Source: Macrostomum lignano
Taxonomy: Eukaryota
Assembly (NCBI GenBank): GCA_002269645.1
Contig: NIVC01000004.1
Location: 372,001 to 436,000 of the forward strand
Direction of reading: 5' to 3'
Length of the DNA: 64,000 bases
The notes beneath the pieces were generated by a model, which ran no database searches, was not told where the DNA came from, and was given only the letters and a program-made list of their open reading frames with translations. The position numbers and the translations under genes are program-made. Shown piece after piece: positions 19,572 to 33,100 of this stretch. How positions within the stretch are numbered: position 1 is the first letter of the stretch; every line of letters begins with the position of its first letter.

Positions 19572-20019
19572 ACCCCGTGTCTCTCTGTACCCCCACCTCA
19601 TACTGCTACAGGGGGGCCGCCTGTTATCTGTCCCTAGCTACCGGGGGATGGCGGCTCTCCACGCACTACCCCTCCTGCTACAGGGGCTGCTCTCTGCCCC
19701 CAGCGACAGGGCTGCGTCAGCATCGGGGGTTTCCTTCCTACACTAACCACGTGCACACGAGTGGGAATCCCCCCGCCGGATGTACACCCCGAGGGAGGCC
19801 CACCCCGCTGGAGGTACACTCGCTGGACGCCCACCCGGCCGGATGTACACTCGCGGGAGGCCCACCCGCTGGAGGTACACTCGCTGGACGCCCACCCCGC
19901 TGGAGGTACACCCCGGGGGAGGTGGTACACCCCGAGGGAGCACCTTGCCGCGGTGCTAGAGGCCGACATCAGCCCGACGGACCTTCGCAAAATCAACGGA
20001 TAAATGGGTCCTTAGTAGT
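19572..20019 (-). repeat. Outer part of the right TIR
   Basis: Reverse complement of about 6061-6523, with a few substitutions and one ~15-bp indel. Confidence 0.93.
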
Positions 20020-20304
20020 GATCCAGCGTATTATCCTGCGGCAGTTTACAATATTTAATTAGTTATGGCTGATTTGTTAACTCTGTAAATAAGCTTGCTA
20101 AATAGCAAATCATGCTGCGAAACTTATTAAGTTTGTTTATTTAAATCTTCGTGAGAGTATAAATGTGCCAAGGACATGTGCTGTAGTGTTAATGTAGTCA
20201 GATAGTCTGCTAATGCGCAGTGATAGCAAATGGTGACTATGAATCACAGAGTTTGAAGGCACAGCTATGAGTATGCACAAATCTCAAGCCCTCGGCCCCT
20301 CTGG

Positions 20305-20538
20305 TCAAACCTTCTCTGGTATGACAATGTCCGCTCCATCATCTGCATTCCGCTTCTCCAGCACCGAGTGGTAGATGTTGTACGCACAGCACACTGCAAC
20401 CGAGGCGACAGCAATGACCAGGATCACCAGCAGTGTTATTACGGCAGCCTCGTCAAAGTAGCTGCAGGCCCAGTTAGTGACCCTGCCGTTGGTGTAGCAG
20501 TCTCCTGGGCGAATCTCGCCGACCTTGGTGAATCCCAT
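20305..20538 (-). CDS. Small single-pass membrane protein (77 aa), or the last exon of one
   Basis: Two-Cys ectodomain, hydrophobic AAVITLLVILVIAVASVAVCC segment, and a ttctacag acceptor just upstream of the ATG. Confidence 0.5.
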   Translation of the reverse strand: MGFTKVGEIRPGDCYTNGRVTNWACSYFDEAAVITLLVILVIAVASVAVCCAYNIYHSVLEKRNADDGADIVIPEKV

Positions 20539-21540
20539 TGTCCTCGGTCGCTGCTGTAGAAGGCACAGTTGATAATCATAAACTCAAGTTATCTTTCTGG
20601 GAGCACGAAGCTGCTTAGAAGTAGGCAGGCTCGAGGACATTGAAACTTGTGGCTAAGAGCACTCACCCTGCTCGAAATATCAGTTGAGCCGAGAGTTCGA
20701 TGCAGAGAAAAATATTTTTTCGGTAAGCCAGGCAGTTACAATTCTGAGCCCTGACCCTACAAGTATTTGCATGCGCTCTGCTTGGGCGAAAGCGGCTGAC
20801 CGACTCGAGTGCGCATTGGGGACTGCTGGACAACTGCAGTTCCTTTAATGTGCGAAGGAGACGGAAAATTCAGCAGGGCGCTTGGCTGCTATCGATTGAC
20901 TTCGCTGTGAAATTCGATCAATACGTAGACTGGCTGGCCAGCTCTCACGAGTTCAATGGGAAGAAGAATGCTCAAGCTGCTCTACTCGTAGAGCGCTGCT
21001 TATCGGGTCAGACAGACATTCAGCCGGACGTTGATTATCTGAGATTCGCACTTCAAACTTTCTCCTTTGTAGCACTTGCCTACATTATTAAGCATTCTGT
21101 CGCGTGTATTTCTGCAATATTGGCGCCACTGTGATAATAGAGTGAATAGTATTCGGGCAATTCAATGTAAAGGATTTTAATCTGTGAAGGTTAACTAGAG
21201 CAGCATCTTTTCGAAAGTGAATAATCCACTTATAATTTCTGATGACAAAGATTTAAAGTGAGTTTTTCAGAGGCTAAAAACTAAACGTGCGAACCTCTCA
21301 CCTCGCTATACTTGATGAAATTCATTGATAAAAGTGCTCCTAAGATTATCGTGAGAGACGAGCGTACGAATTGGTTTTATTTAAAGAATTTTTTACTCGG
21401 TTCGTTTGATAAACTCGGTGTGGCAGTTTCTCTGAATAGTGAAATAGGACGCAATGTTTTGTCAGAATTAACAAGCAGTCCGCAGTCACAGCATTCCTTT
21501 GTGCCAGTTCAAACAAAATTCGCCCCATGTATCTGCAGCA

Positions 21541-22779
21541 TTAGCGACCGGCGCTCGGGTCGAAGCCCCAGCAGACCAGCGGCCCAACGTAGGTGTGCGA
21601 CCACTCCGTGGCATCACCCGTGTCGCCCACCCAGACCTCATTCACCGGCAGGTTGGTCTTGTCGTAGATCGTGCCTTCGTCAAAGATGTTCTCAACGCGC
21701 TCGTTCCTGTCGCAGTTGCAGGTGGCCTGCACCACCGTGTCCACGCCTTCTACGTTCGTGGTGAGGGTGCCACAGCTTCCGGTGGCGTGGCACGCACAGA
21801 CGCTTTGGTAGCGCAGACTGTAGGGCTGAGCCCACCCAAGCATCTGCTGCCAACGGTAGTTCACCCACCAGGTAGCCTTGAGTTGGGTTTGTCAAGGTAT
21901 TTGGCTTATTCGATTGTTTTCCTGGTTTTACACTACGTGATTTGATGAATTACTCGTAAAGAAACATCGCCACATTTTTATTCCTTTGAAATCTTCATTT
22001 TCCATGTACGTTTAACTAGCAATTTCGGAAGCAGAATTCACGACGCCAAGACAAAGGCGTTGACTCAACTTACCTGCAGGTAGACGTTGTTCTGATAGTG
22101 AATACCGGCGTCATGACACGTGTAGCGCACGAACTGTGAGCAGTTGAGCGACAGCTGGGCCAAGCTGTTCAGCTGCTGAGCGGTGGCGCCGCCCTGGTAA
22201 TCGATGTGGATGTGGATGCTGCCGCCTGGCTCGGAGCCGTGCGCGTAGATGCCCGGCAGCGACATGTTCGTTGCTGAAAGTGGGGTTCTCTGTCGTTTTC
22301 GTTCACGCTGGAACTGACCAAGTGCGGTGATCCAAGAAACAAGAAGTATAGAAGCAAATAAGTTGGAGCAACTCTCACTGTTCACGATGGAGTAGCCAAA
22401 TGCATCGGAACCAGAGAGTCGACAGAAGACGCTGAACGGCTTAATCGGGCCGCTGGGTCCGTCCGGATCGATGGTGGTCGTCATGTCGTAATCGAAACCG
22501 GAATTTTTCAGGTCCTGGCAGCTGCGTACTGTGTGAGGAAGTTGAGGGGAAGTTTTTGCCGAAAGCGATTCGCATTTAGCTGCGAAAAAACGTTGAACAA
22601 ACCTGCGATGCATTCGACGCCTGCGTTGCACTCGCCGGACTCGCTGTTGCTGCCGACGCAGTCGATGGTGAGGTCACCGTAGGCGGTCATGTTGCACCGC
22701 CTGGTGCGGACGCGCACTCCGCCGGCGCAGGTCTGGGAGCAGTGGCCCCACGCCTGCCAGGACAGCCACTCGCCAGGTA
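21541..22779 (-). CDS. TSP1 + CASPR/neurexin-IV-type fibrinogen-like domain protein; exons 22779-22603, 22528-22379, 22273-22074, 21876-21541; 5' exon not found
   Basis: W..WG.CS.TC.GG.R.R.R.C (TSP1). SCQDL..IDPDGPSGP, C.QFVRY.C, WWV, C.C...CNCD, and LPV..V.VGDT...GPL.C match the CNTNAP fibrinogen-like domain. Splice phases are consistent. Confidence 0.85.
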
Positions 22780-24029
22780 CTGCGGGCATGCATTGGGTTC
22801 GTGCCGGGTGCACTCGAGAGTTCTATTGTGAGTAGCCTTTCTCCAGAGTACGAGCATGCTACTTATGGGCAACATAGCCTACGCTCCCTGCATGATTAGG
22901 TTACAAAGCGCTGCACCCAATGAAAGTAAAATTATCAAAATTTATAACAATAACAACGTATAAATTTGACACGCGAGAGATTGCAAGATTAGGAAGCAAA
23001 CTTGTCAAATATCAAGACAGAGATAAATGAAATTGGCGATTGCCGGCTTATCGAAATCCTGAGTTCCTCTCCGAGTGCTGCTGTGTCAATTCAATGCAGC
23101 CGGCTGTCAGCTCACGTAGCAACCTATCCGGTGAGTCCTTATCTAGCTCAATCCTTATATGAGTTCTTACCCGACGAACTGGTGCCTAATTAAGTATTTT
23201 ATTGCCCGACTTTAGAGAGTCAACTGGATGGTCCGACAAAGCACGTTTGATCAAAGATTGCTCAATTATTTACAACATAAGCCACGCATCAGCGATTTTG
23301 CTAAATTTTTAACTTGCCCTCTTCGGAACTGCACGGCCAATGCTGAGAATGCCTTTCCTTTTCAGTTGAAGGCACGTCTAAGAATTTCGCGAATTAAAAA
23401 AAATTAAGAGGCAATTACAGCTGCGTCAATAAAAAACTAATTTCAGAGAAACAAGAAAGACTTGAAACAGGATCGGACTGTTTGTTTCCACGAAACCATG
23501 GGAACGACGAGTTTGCCTAGATGAGTGCATTGAGATGCAGCAGTACACACATTTCATGCAGGACGTTCGCGACTGACTAAAGCTAAAATTGTCCAAAGCG
23601 CTGGGAAACAATTTTATTTCAAATATACTAGATTCAAAAAGGAACAAACAAAAACTACACTTGTGAGTATTTACAACTTTGGCTTGGGCTTATTGAAACA
23701 AAAAAATATGAAAATGAAACGTTCACTGAAAAACTATATGAAATACAACTGGCATGGGTAACATGCTGTGCATGCTAAATTATAAGAATGCATGGTAACC
23801 TTTGAATTCCAGATCCCAGATCGAATGCAATCTTTGATTTTGTGATGATTTTTTTATTTTCGCACAAGTTCGCAGTGTATTGTTTCCAGGAAATCGACCT
23901 AAAAATTTACACGATCTTTGAGTTTTACTTTCAAGGCACTCCCGAACGACCGTTTTTCTAAACTCTCTGTAGTGAAGAGACCTCATGCTCAACGCTCAAC
24001 AGTTTCTTCCCCAAATCTCCGACTCAGCA

Positions 24030-26550
24030 GGGCCCGCCTGACCACACCGTGAGAGGGCAAGGCCTAGCGAAGTCTATCATCACCAAAAACCGCATTACTA
24101 TAGAGCGGCAAGGTCCTTCAACTTCTTCAAGGCGCCTGGGCCCGACGGCATCTACCCAGCGTTCTTGCACGAGGCGGCGAAAAACCACCGCTTCCTGGAC
24201 CTCCTCTGTCGTCTCCTCCGAGCTTGTGTGGAGCTGGGCTATGTACCAGTTGCGTGGAGAGAGGCCCGGGTGGTCTTTATCCCCAAGCCTGGAAAGAGCG
24301 ACTATCAATCGGTGAAGGCCTTCAGGCCTATTAGCCTCACCTCCTTCTACCTTAAGCTCCTCGAACGGCTGGTGCTTTGGTGCCTACTCTCGGTCGAGCT
24401 GAAGCGCTTTCCACTTTCACAGAACCAGCACGCCTTCCGCGTGGGCAGGTCTACTGAGAGTGCCCTTCATATCATCATTGACTTCCTGAAGAGGGCCGTT
24501 CTTGGCAGCGGGTTTGCCCTCGCTTTTCCTGGACATTGAGGGGGCCTTCGACAATGTCATCTTCGAGGCCTTTTGCAGAGCCCTGGAATCCAGGGCCACA
24601 CACCCTCACCTCGTCCGGTGGATCATGTTCATGATCCGGAACCGCACTGTCGTGGCCCACCTGAACGGCAGCTCTCTTTCGGCGCCTGTCCAAAAAGGGG
24701 CCCCCAGGGCGGGGTCCTCAACCCCGTTCTCTGGAACATGGTCATGGGTGAGTTGCTTTGCAATGATCTTCATGACCCCATTCTCAAAGTGGACTACGCC
24801 GATGATCCGATGATGTGACCGCGATATGCGCGGGCCCCTCGGTTGATACCATCAGAAATCTTCTGCAGGGCTTTCTGGGACGAGCGGAGCGTTGGGCAAA
24901 CCAATGTGGCCTCAGGCTCTCAGAGTCGAAAACCACAGCGGTCATGTTTACCAACAAACTGCTCTGGACCATGAAGCCCCTCACCCCTCTATGGAAAAGA
25001 CATTGCGATGGAGAAGCAGGTCCGCTGGCTGAGCCTCACTCTCGACCACAGGCTTAACTGGACTCCGCACATCCAAACTAAAGCTAAAAAAGCCCTGGCT
25101 GTCCTGGCTCAGATCAAGCGCGCCGTAGGCACCACCTGGGGGCTCACCCCCAGGAAGCTGTGGTGGATTTACACTGCCATTATCCGCCCCTCGATCAGTT
25201 ACGCCAGCCTCGTGTGGGCCAGCGGTCTGGGCGTCAAGAGCAACCTCGAAGCTCTCTACAAAATCCAGGGCAGAGCTTGCCGCATGACTATGGGCACTCC
25301 ACCCTCTGCTCTTTTTGAGGGCATGAATGTCTTCCTCTGTGCTCCTCCTGGATATTTATATCAAAGGCGAGGTAGCGAAGAGCACCCGGCGTCTTCTAGA
25401 TGCTGGGTGGCCTTCAAGAAAGTGCGGGCTTTCAAAAAGCGGTCGCTTATCCCACACTCTGACCTCTGCTTTAAGACTCGAGCAATGTGGCGGGCTCAAC
25501 ATCCTCACGGACTCGATCCCAGCCACCCTTCTCCTGAGCCAAAGGTATAAGGTCACTATTCAGCCTCGAAACGAGGCGAGGGACAGCTGGAGCGATTCTG
25601 AAGTCCACTGTTACACTGACGGCTCTATGAGGCATGGTCTTTCAGGCTTCGGAGCTTGCGGCTTCTTCAAGGGAGAAGTGTTGTGGAGCTACTCCCAGCA
25701 CACTGGGCTCAACTCCAGTGTTTTTCAGAGCGAGGTGCTTGCCATCAGCTCCTGCGCGGCAGAGCTGCGCCGAAGGCAGCTCAGCGGTCGGAAATTTATT
25801 TTTCATTCTGACAGCCAAGCAGCCCTTCGGGCCCTCTGCCGCTGCACCACCAGCTCCAGGTCCGTCCTGGAATGCAACACCCAGCTCAAGGGGCTTGCGC
25901 TAGGCAACCAGGTAGAGCTCAGATGGATCCCGGGCCACGCCGGCTTCCTTGGCAACGAGCGCGCCGACATGCTGGCCAAGGCTGGCTCCGCCGACGCGCT
26001 GCTAGGGCCGGGACCGGGGGCCCCCATCCCCCGCTTCGATGATCAACTCCCGTGTTAAGCGCTGGGCTGATTCCGAGCATCTCCGCAGGTGGCGCGACAC
26101 CCGGAATTGCAGGCAATCCCGTGATGCCGTCCCCTGGCCCTCCCCCCTCCTGCGTAGAGCCCTCCTCAGGCTCAACCGCAGAGACCTCAGAGCAGTGAGC
26201 ATGGCCCTCTCCAGGCATTGCTGCTTCTCTCGCCACCGCTTCCTTCAGGGCCAAATACCTGAGTAGCGGTGCCCTTTTCTGCCGCTCAGGCAGTGAAAAC
26301 GCCGAGCACTTTATCTGCCACTGCCTGGTTTTCACAGGGCCAGGCTCACTCACCTCTCTCCTCCAGGTACACGGGACGAGCTGATTTCTTCCCCACCGAT
26401 GGTGAGGAGGACCGCGCTGCAGGCGAGACCGACGGGTCCCCCTGAGCGACATCGCTTCGATGGAAGTCTGGTCGCCAGGGGCTAGCGGAATGGGTGGTCC
26501 CCTCCGCCTCCTCGCTGCATCCGCCGGACGCCCCCTGCAGCTAAGTCAAG
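24030..26550 (+). mobile_element. 5'-truncated, frameshifted non-LTR retrotransposon (RT + RNase H + CCHC; LOA/Lian-like)
   Basis: FIPKPGK..Y...FRPISLTS, QHAFR.GRSTE.AL, FLDIEGAFDNV, PQGGVL.P, YADD, RNase H YTDGS...SDSQAAL...WIPGH....NE.AD. Several frame breaks. Ends are approximate. Confidence 0.9.
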
Positions 26551-27176
26551 TAAGTCAGTTGAGTTTTACTTCCTGTTATACTAACAGTGGTCCTTGTGAG
26601 AGGGTTACATGTTATATAACTAGAATTTTGAGGTCCACTGCCCTAAAAAACCCCTTATCGAGATTAGCTTATTGTAGAGATTAAGAGAGGTACTGATGCT
26701 TTGGTTACCATCCATTTCTAAAGTTTTCCAAATTTTAGATTCTATTAACATGTTGATTTTCAAAACCCTGCAGGTACTTTGTATTTTTTATTTGTCATAC
26801 AAGACGTAATTTTATTGTGGAACCGAATTTAAACAAATCGTAAGTTTGTTTAGCATGACACATCTAATTACTCAACAAATTTGTATTGCATTTGTAACAT
26901 TAGTAGCGAAAAAAGATTTACTATAGTGGATTACAAATCTTTTATTTTGGTCGGTACGCTTAGTAAGCAGCACAATTTAAAACTGCTTTTCTGAGAAATG
27001 ACGAGTTAAATGAGCAGATTTTATTGCAATTTAACTGTGTTTTTGTTGTACCCTTTTATTTTATGGAGTGTGATTGTACAATAAAATGTAAGAAGCAATA
27101 TAAAGTGTAGCTAATTGTACGTATTTTATTGTTGTTGTTTTTGTCAAGCCATAGACTAGTCTAGGTTGGTAAGAAT

Positions 27177-30100
27177 ATGTCAGCTGAAAGTGGTGAAACT
27201 AACTCCGTCGCAGCTGTTTCTTTTCAAGATGAGCTTGTACGTTTGCAAAATGAGCTGGACAATGCAATTAATGAAAAGATTCAAGCAGCTCAGCATGGTC
27301 TTGCTCTTTTAGAGGAAAACTGTCATTTGAAACATTCATTAGAAGAGTCTGAGAGCAATGCAGAAACCCTCAAGCATGAGTTAGACATGGCAAAAAAGGT
27401 TTGTTACCATGACTTTACATGCAGAATAATAATTTTTTAAATAAATTTTTGAAGTCTTTTTATGTATGAGGTTTTTATCCTTTATATTAATAAGCTTAGA
27501 CTTTGTCTTAGTTATATAGATTGCTTTATGAAAAAAGATTACTGGTTTTTAATATTAAACTTATATTTAAAAAGGTTATCTCTTAGAAGATTAATTCTTA
27601 AAATATAAAAATAGGCTATGCTTATTTAGTTGGCACTAATCAAATGAGTTTGCAATTACTATTATTTAGCTGGCAGTCCTGACTCGATTCATTGCCAAGT
27701 GTCAATCAAATAAGCTTATTACTATTTAGCTAGTAGTCCTATCTATTGCTAGTAAAGGGTTCTAATCACTTTGTCTATTATCAACTTATTTATTTATTTA
27801 TTTATTTATTTGCCAAAATATTTACAAATAAGCTTGTCTGCCATTAAACTTGTCTGCTACCAACTTGTTAACCAATGGTATTTAATTAGTAGTAATAGGC
27901 ACCATTAAATTTATTTTTAGCGCCATTACTTAGCACTGTCACAATACTGATTAAAGAAAAAAATAGTGATTGCTAACAGCATGTGCTATTTCTACTTGAA
28001 ATTCAGCGCAATTAGCACCACTAATTTTGAAATGTGCTAATTAATAAAAATATTTAATATGAACTGCCATTTCACACATTTATGTTTTTGCACATTTTTA
28101 ACTCATGTTTTAAATGAATAAGCTAATATTGATATTGCTTATAATTTGTTTTTATTAGCAATTCTAATAAAAAATCCTCAAGCTGCTAAACTGTCAAAGC
28201 AATAGTTGGTAGAAAGAATTCCTAAATGACAATGCTATTTGCCTTGAAAAATGTCAAGGGTCATTGCTATTAGGCCATGGCTTTCTTATAAACAAGAAGG
28301 AAGGCAAGATTATCAGCTTGAAATGGTAGTACGGGATTTCTAAACCCTAGTATCACCCTGTTGATAGCCAGTTGCTTCGCATCTCATTGCTTAGAATGTC
28401 AACTAAGTTGAATGTTGGATTCATTGATTAAATGATTAAATTAAATTAAATGAATCAACAACTTTTCGCCAATGAAATGAAAGTAATAACATCTTTAAAA
28501 AGTCAATGTCAAAAACAAGATTAATTGCTGATAACAAAAAGCAAAAAAGATATTCAAATTTTATTTTGCATTGCTAAGAAAATTAGAAACATATTTACAT
28601 AATCTTTAACTTATTAATCAAAGAGAGTCTTATTTTAAGTATTTAATAGTCATTAACCCTCTAGTTTTTTTTAGCAAAAATTAATTTTGCGCAATTAGTG
28701 ATTTTGTACAATTAGTGACTAGCAATAGGATAGGATTGCTGGCTAAATAATGACAAGCTTATTTGACTGGTGCTGGCTAAGTAGGAGTGAGCTTATTTGA
28801 CCAATGCCAGCAAAATAATTTTTTGTTGGCTAAATAAGCATTGCCATAAAATATGCCAATAGCAATATTGTTATTTGTTTTTTGTTATAAAATAGACCTA
28901 GAAAGAAATTATAAAAAAAACTGCAATATTACTAAAGGCACATTAGGCCTAATAATATAAAACATATTTTCTAAAATAAAAAACAAGATATATTATTGGT
29001 TTAAGCCAAGGGCACAGTTAAAAATCAAGTAGATTTTATTGAGTTTTGGTATATTGACATGATTTATCAAAATATGTATTTATTTTTAGCCTAATAAGAT
29101 AATTTATTAGGTAATATTAAGAAATTTTAAGGCTTAAATTGTTAATTTTTAATTTATATATAGTTTTGGTCATTATTTTTATTATAATATTGCATAAAAT
29201 TTTTGCCACTAAGCCCCTAAAGGTGTATTAACTTTTGCAACTAATTCTGATAGATACTAGTCAGAAGTTTTAACCTTAAATATATTGAAATAAAAGGACC
29301 ATTAACTTTATATGATCCTTAGCTCCATATAGTTCCTGTATAGTCACAGCAGTTTCCCATAGCCATAGCAGTTTCCCATATCCATAGCAGTTTCCCATAT
29401 CTATTGCAGTTTCCCATAGTCACACCAGTTTCCGATAGCCACTGCAGTTTCCCATAATCATAGCAGTTTCCCATAGCTACAGCCGTTTCCCATAGTTACA
29501 GCAGTTTCCCATAGTCACATCAGTTTCCCATAGCCACAGCAGTTTCCCATATCCATAGCAGTTTCTCATAGCCACAGCAGTTTCCCACAGCTACAGCAGT
29601 TTCCCATAGCTACAGCAGTTTCCCATAGCTACAGCAATTTCCATAGCCACAGCAGTTTCCCATAGCTACAGCAGTTTCCCATAGCCACAGCAGTTTCCCA
29701 CAGCTACAGCAGTTTCCCATAGCCACAGCAGTTTCCATAGCCACAGCAGTTTCACATAGCCACAGCAGTTTCCCATAGCCACAGCAGTTTCCCACCACAA
29801 CTCCACTCGCAGGCCCTGCAGGCGGTCAGCGCGCAGCAGCGGCGCCAGGCGCAGGACGGCGAGGCCGGTGAGGAGACGCTGCTGAGCGAGTCGGCCAGCC
29901 GGGAGGGCGCCCTGCAGCTGCGCATCGGCGATTTGGAGGCCGAGCTGCGCACCCTCTCCGTGGACCAGGAGCGCCGCTTCGCCGACATGGATCGGCTGGC
30001 CGAGGAGGCGGCCTCGCTGGCCGAGACGGTGCGCTCGCTGGAGGCTGAGAAGCGCTCGCTGCGATCGGAGGTGAGAATGAGATCTTTGAGCACAGTTTGT

Positions 30101-33100
30101 CTGCTGAGGCTTTTGGGTAAACTACCTGGTAATTCTGGAAATCACATTGTAGTTCAGGGAGTCAGTCGTGTGAAAGCTGTGGAAATCACACTGTAGTTCA
30201 GGGAGTGAGTCGTGTGAAAGCTGTGGAAATCACACTGTAGTTCAGGGAGTGAGTCGTGTGAAAGCTGTGGAAATCACACTGTAGTTCAGGGAGTGAGTCG
30301 TGTGAAAGCTGTGGAAATCACACTGTAGTTCAGGGAGTGAGTCGTGTGAAAGCTGTGGAAATCACACTGTAGTTCAGGGAGTGAGTCGTGTGAAAGCTGT
30401 GGAAATCACACTGTAGTTCAGGGAGTGAGTCGTGTGAAAGCTCTGGAAATCACACTGTAGTTCAGGGAGTGAGTCGTGTGAAAGCTCTGGAAATCAGTGA
30501 TCACAAAGCCTATAAATGATTGATATTGTATGGTCTGCTAATAAATCTACGACATATTACTAAGTTTTTTTAACCGAAGCAGTGTGCCATGCACTTTAGT
30601 GGAGTAACAGTAGATATCTATTGATTCAATCAGTCATTTACTGCCACTGCCGGCAGAGCACAGAGGCAAATTTATTGATAGAAAAAATCAGGCAGAAGAT
30701 GAAGCTGAGTGTGCAGGATGAGGCGATGGCTGTCGGGGCAGCGCTGCCTCTATCTGATTATCCTCTGCTGGGTGTGAGCATTGAGTTTACTCACCGCTGT
30801 CGCAAACTTATGGGAGCTGTGATCTATGCGCTAATATTAATTTAGGCTTAAATAGACTTGCGGATGGTAGCTGAATGTATGCGCTGGTCTAATGTGTATC
30901 TGTTTGCTCTGTCTAACTGTTACAAGAGTCTCATGAACCGCCCTCAGTTGTCACAAGAGTCTCATGAACCGCCCAAATCTGTCACAAGAGTCTCATGAAC
31001 CGCCCTCAGTTGTCACAAGAGTCTCATGAACCGCCCAAATCTGTCACAAGAGTCTCATGAACCGCCCAAATCTGTCACAAGAGTCTCTTGAACCGCCCAA
31101 ATCTGTCACAAGAGTCTCTTGAACCGCCCAAATCTGTCACAAGAGTCTCATGAACCGCCCAAATCTGTCACAAGGGTCTCATGAACCGCCCAAATCTGTC
31201 ACAAGAGTCTCTTGAACCGCCTTCAGCTGTCAAAGTTGCCATGCCTGGCTCTGCACCCGCAGGTCAAGGAGCTGAAATCGCGGGAGGCCCGCCAGCTGGC
31301 CGACCACGCCGAACTGGCTGACGAGAACATGGCGCTGGAACGGAAGCTGCTGGAGGCGCAGCGGTCGCAGCTGGACTACGAACTGGTCAAACACGAGCGG
31401 CGGCGGCTGCTCGAGGAGACGGAGATCCTGTCCGGCCAGCTGGAGGAGCTCGCCCGACTGCGCGCGGTGTCCGACAAGAACCTGGAAGAGGCCCAGGATG
31501 CGCTGCAGGCGGAGCGGGAGGCCAAGCACTCGCTGCGGCGGGAGCTGGACACCCGGCTGAGTGCCGACAGTCTGCAGCAGTTCAGCACTAGCGTGCAGCG
31601 AGACTTGGCGTCTACAAATGCCAATAGTGAGCTAATATTGATGGTTTGACAGTTCCTGAATGGCTGTGGCCGTAGCTGATCCAGTGCTGGCATTAGCCAA
31701 TCCAAGGCTGGCAGTAGCGGGTAGCCTTAGCTAATCCAGTGCTGGCATTAGCCAATCCAAGGCTGGCAGTAGCGGGTAGCCTTAGCTGATCCAGTGCTGG
31801 CATTAGCCAATCCAAGGCTGGCAGTAGCGGGTAGCCTTAGCTAATCCAGTGCTGGCATTAACCAATCCAAGGCTGGCAGTAGCGGGTAGCCTTAGCTGAT
31901 CCAGTGCTGGTATTAGCCAATCCAAGGTTGGCAGTAGCCAGTAGGCTTAGCTGATCCAGTGCTGGCATTAGCCAATCCAAGGCTGGCAGTAGCCAGTAGC
32001 CTTAGCTGATCCAGTGCTGGCATTAGCCAATCCAAGGCTGGCAGTAGCGGGTAGCCTTAGCTGATCCAGTGCTGGCATTAGCCAATCCAAGGCTGGCAGT
32101 AGCGGGTAGCCTTAGCTGATCCAGTGCTGGTATTAGCCAATCCAAGGTTGGCAGTAGCCAGTAGGCTTAGCTGATCCAGTGCTGGCATTAGCCAATCCAA
32201 GGCTGGCAGTAGCGGGTAGCCTTAGCTAATCCAGTGCTGGCATTAGCCAATCCAAGGCTGGCAGTAGCGGGTAGCCTTAGCTGATCCAGTGCTGGTATTA
32301 GCCAATCCAAGGCTGGCAGTAGCGGGTAGCCTTAGCTAATCCAGTGCTGGTATTAGCCAATCCAAGGCTGGCAGTAGCGGGTAGCCTTAGCTGATCCAGT
32401 GCTGGCATTAGCCAATCCAAGGCTGGCAGTAGCGGGTAGCCTTAGCTGATCCAGTGCTGGTATTAGCCAATCCAAGGTTGGCAGTAGCCAGTAGGCTTAG
32501 CTGATCCAGTGCTGGCATTAGCCAATCCAAGGCTGGCAGTAGCGGGTAGCCTTAGCTAATCCAGTGCTGGCATTAGCCAATCCAAGGCTGGCAGTAGCGG
32601 GTAGCCTTAGCTGATCCAGTGCTGGTATTAGCCAATCCAAGGTTGGCAGTAGCCAGTAGGCTTAGCTGATCCAAGTGCTGGCATTAGCCTCGAGTGCCGC
32701 GCCTCCTGTCATCCCGCAGGCCACGATCTGTACAGCGAGCTGGCGGGGCAGCTGCGCGAGCGCGAGTCGGAACGAGAAGCGGCTCGCCGTCGGGCCGAAG
32801 AGGCGGAGGCGACCGTTGAGCGGCTGCGCCGTGAACTGCAGACAAGCCGCTTCGAGCACGACCAGGTGAGATGGATGTGGATGGGTGAGAGTTGATGCAG
32901 AGCTGGCACCTGGTGATCTCTGCAGTGAAGGTGTGGGTGGGAGTTGATGCAGAGCTGGCACCTGGTGATCTCTGCAGTGAAGGTGTGGGTGGGAGTTGAT
33001 GCAGAGCTGGCACCTGGTGATCTCTGCAGTGAAGGTGTGGGTGGGAGTTGATGCAGAGCTGGCACCTGGTGATCTCTGCAGTGAAGGTGTGGGTGGGAGT

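Larger units (their letters stand above)
6061..20019 (+). mobile_element. Polinton/Maverick-like endogenous virus (adintovirus-like), full length, no pPolB; ~10.5 kb once the nested P element is removed
   Basis: Left end ACTACTAAGGACCCATTTATCC at 6061 is the reverse complement of the right end ending at 20019. GATCCA flanks both ends (6055-6060, 20020-20025). Contains integrase, MCP, mCP, protease and ATPase genes. Confidence 0.95.
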
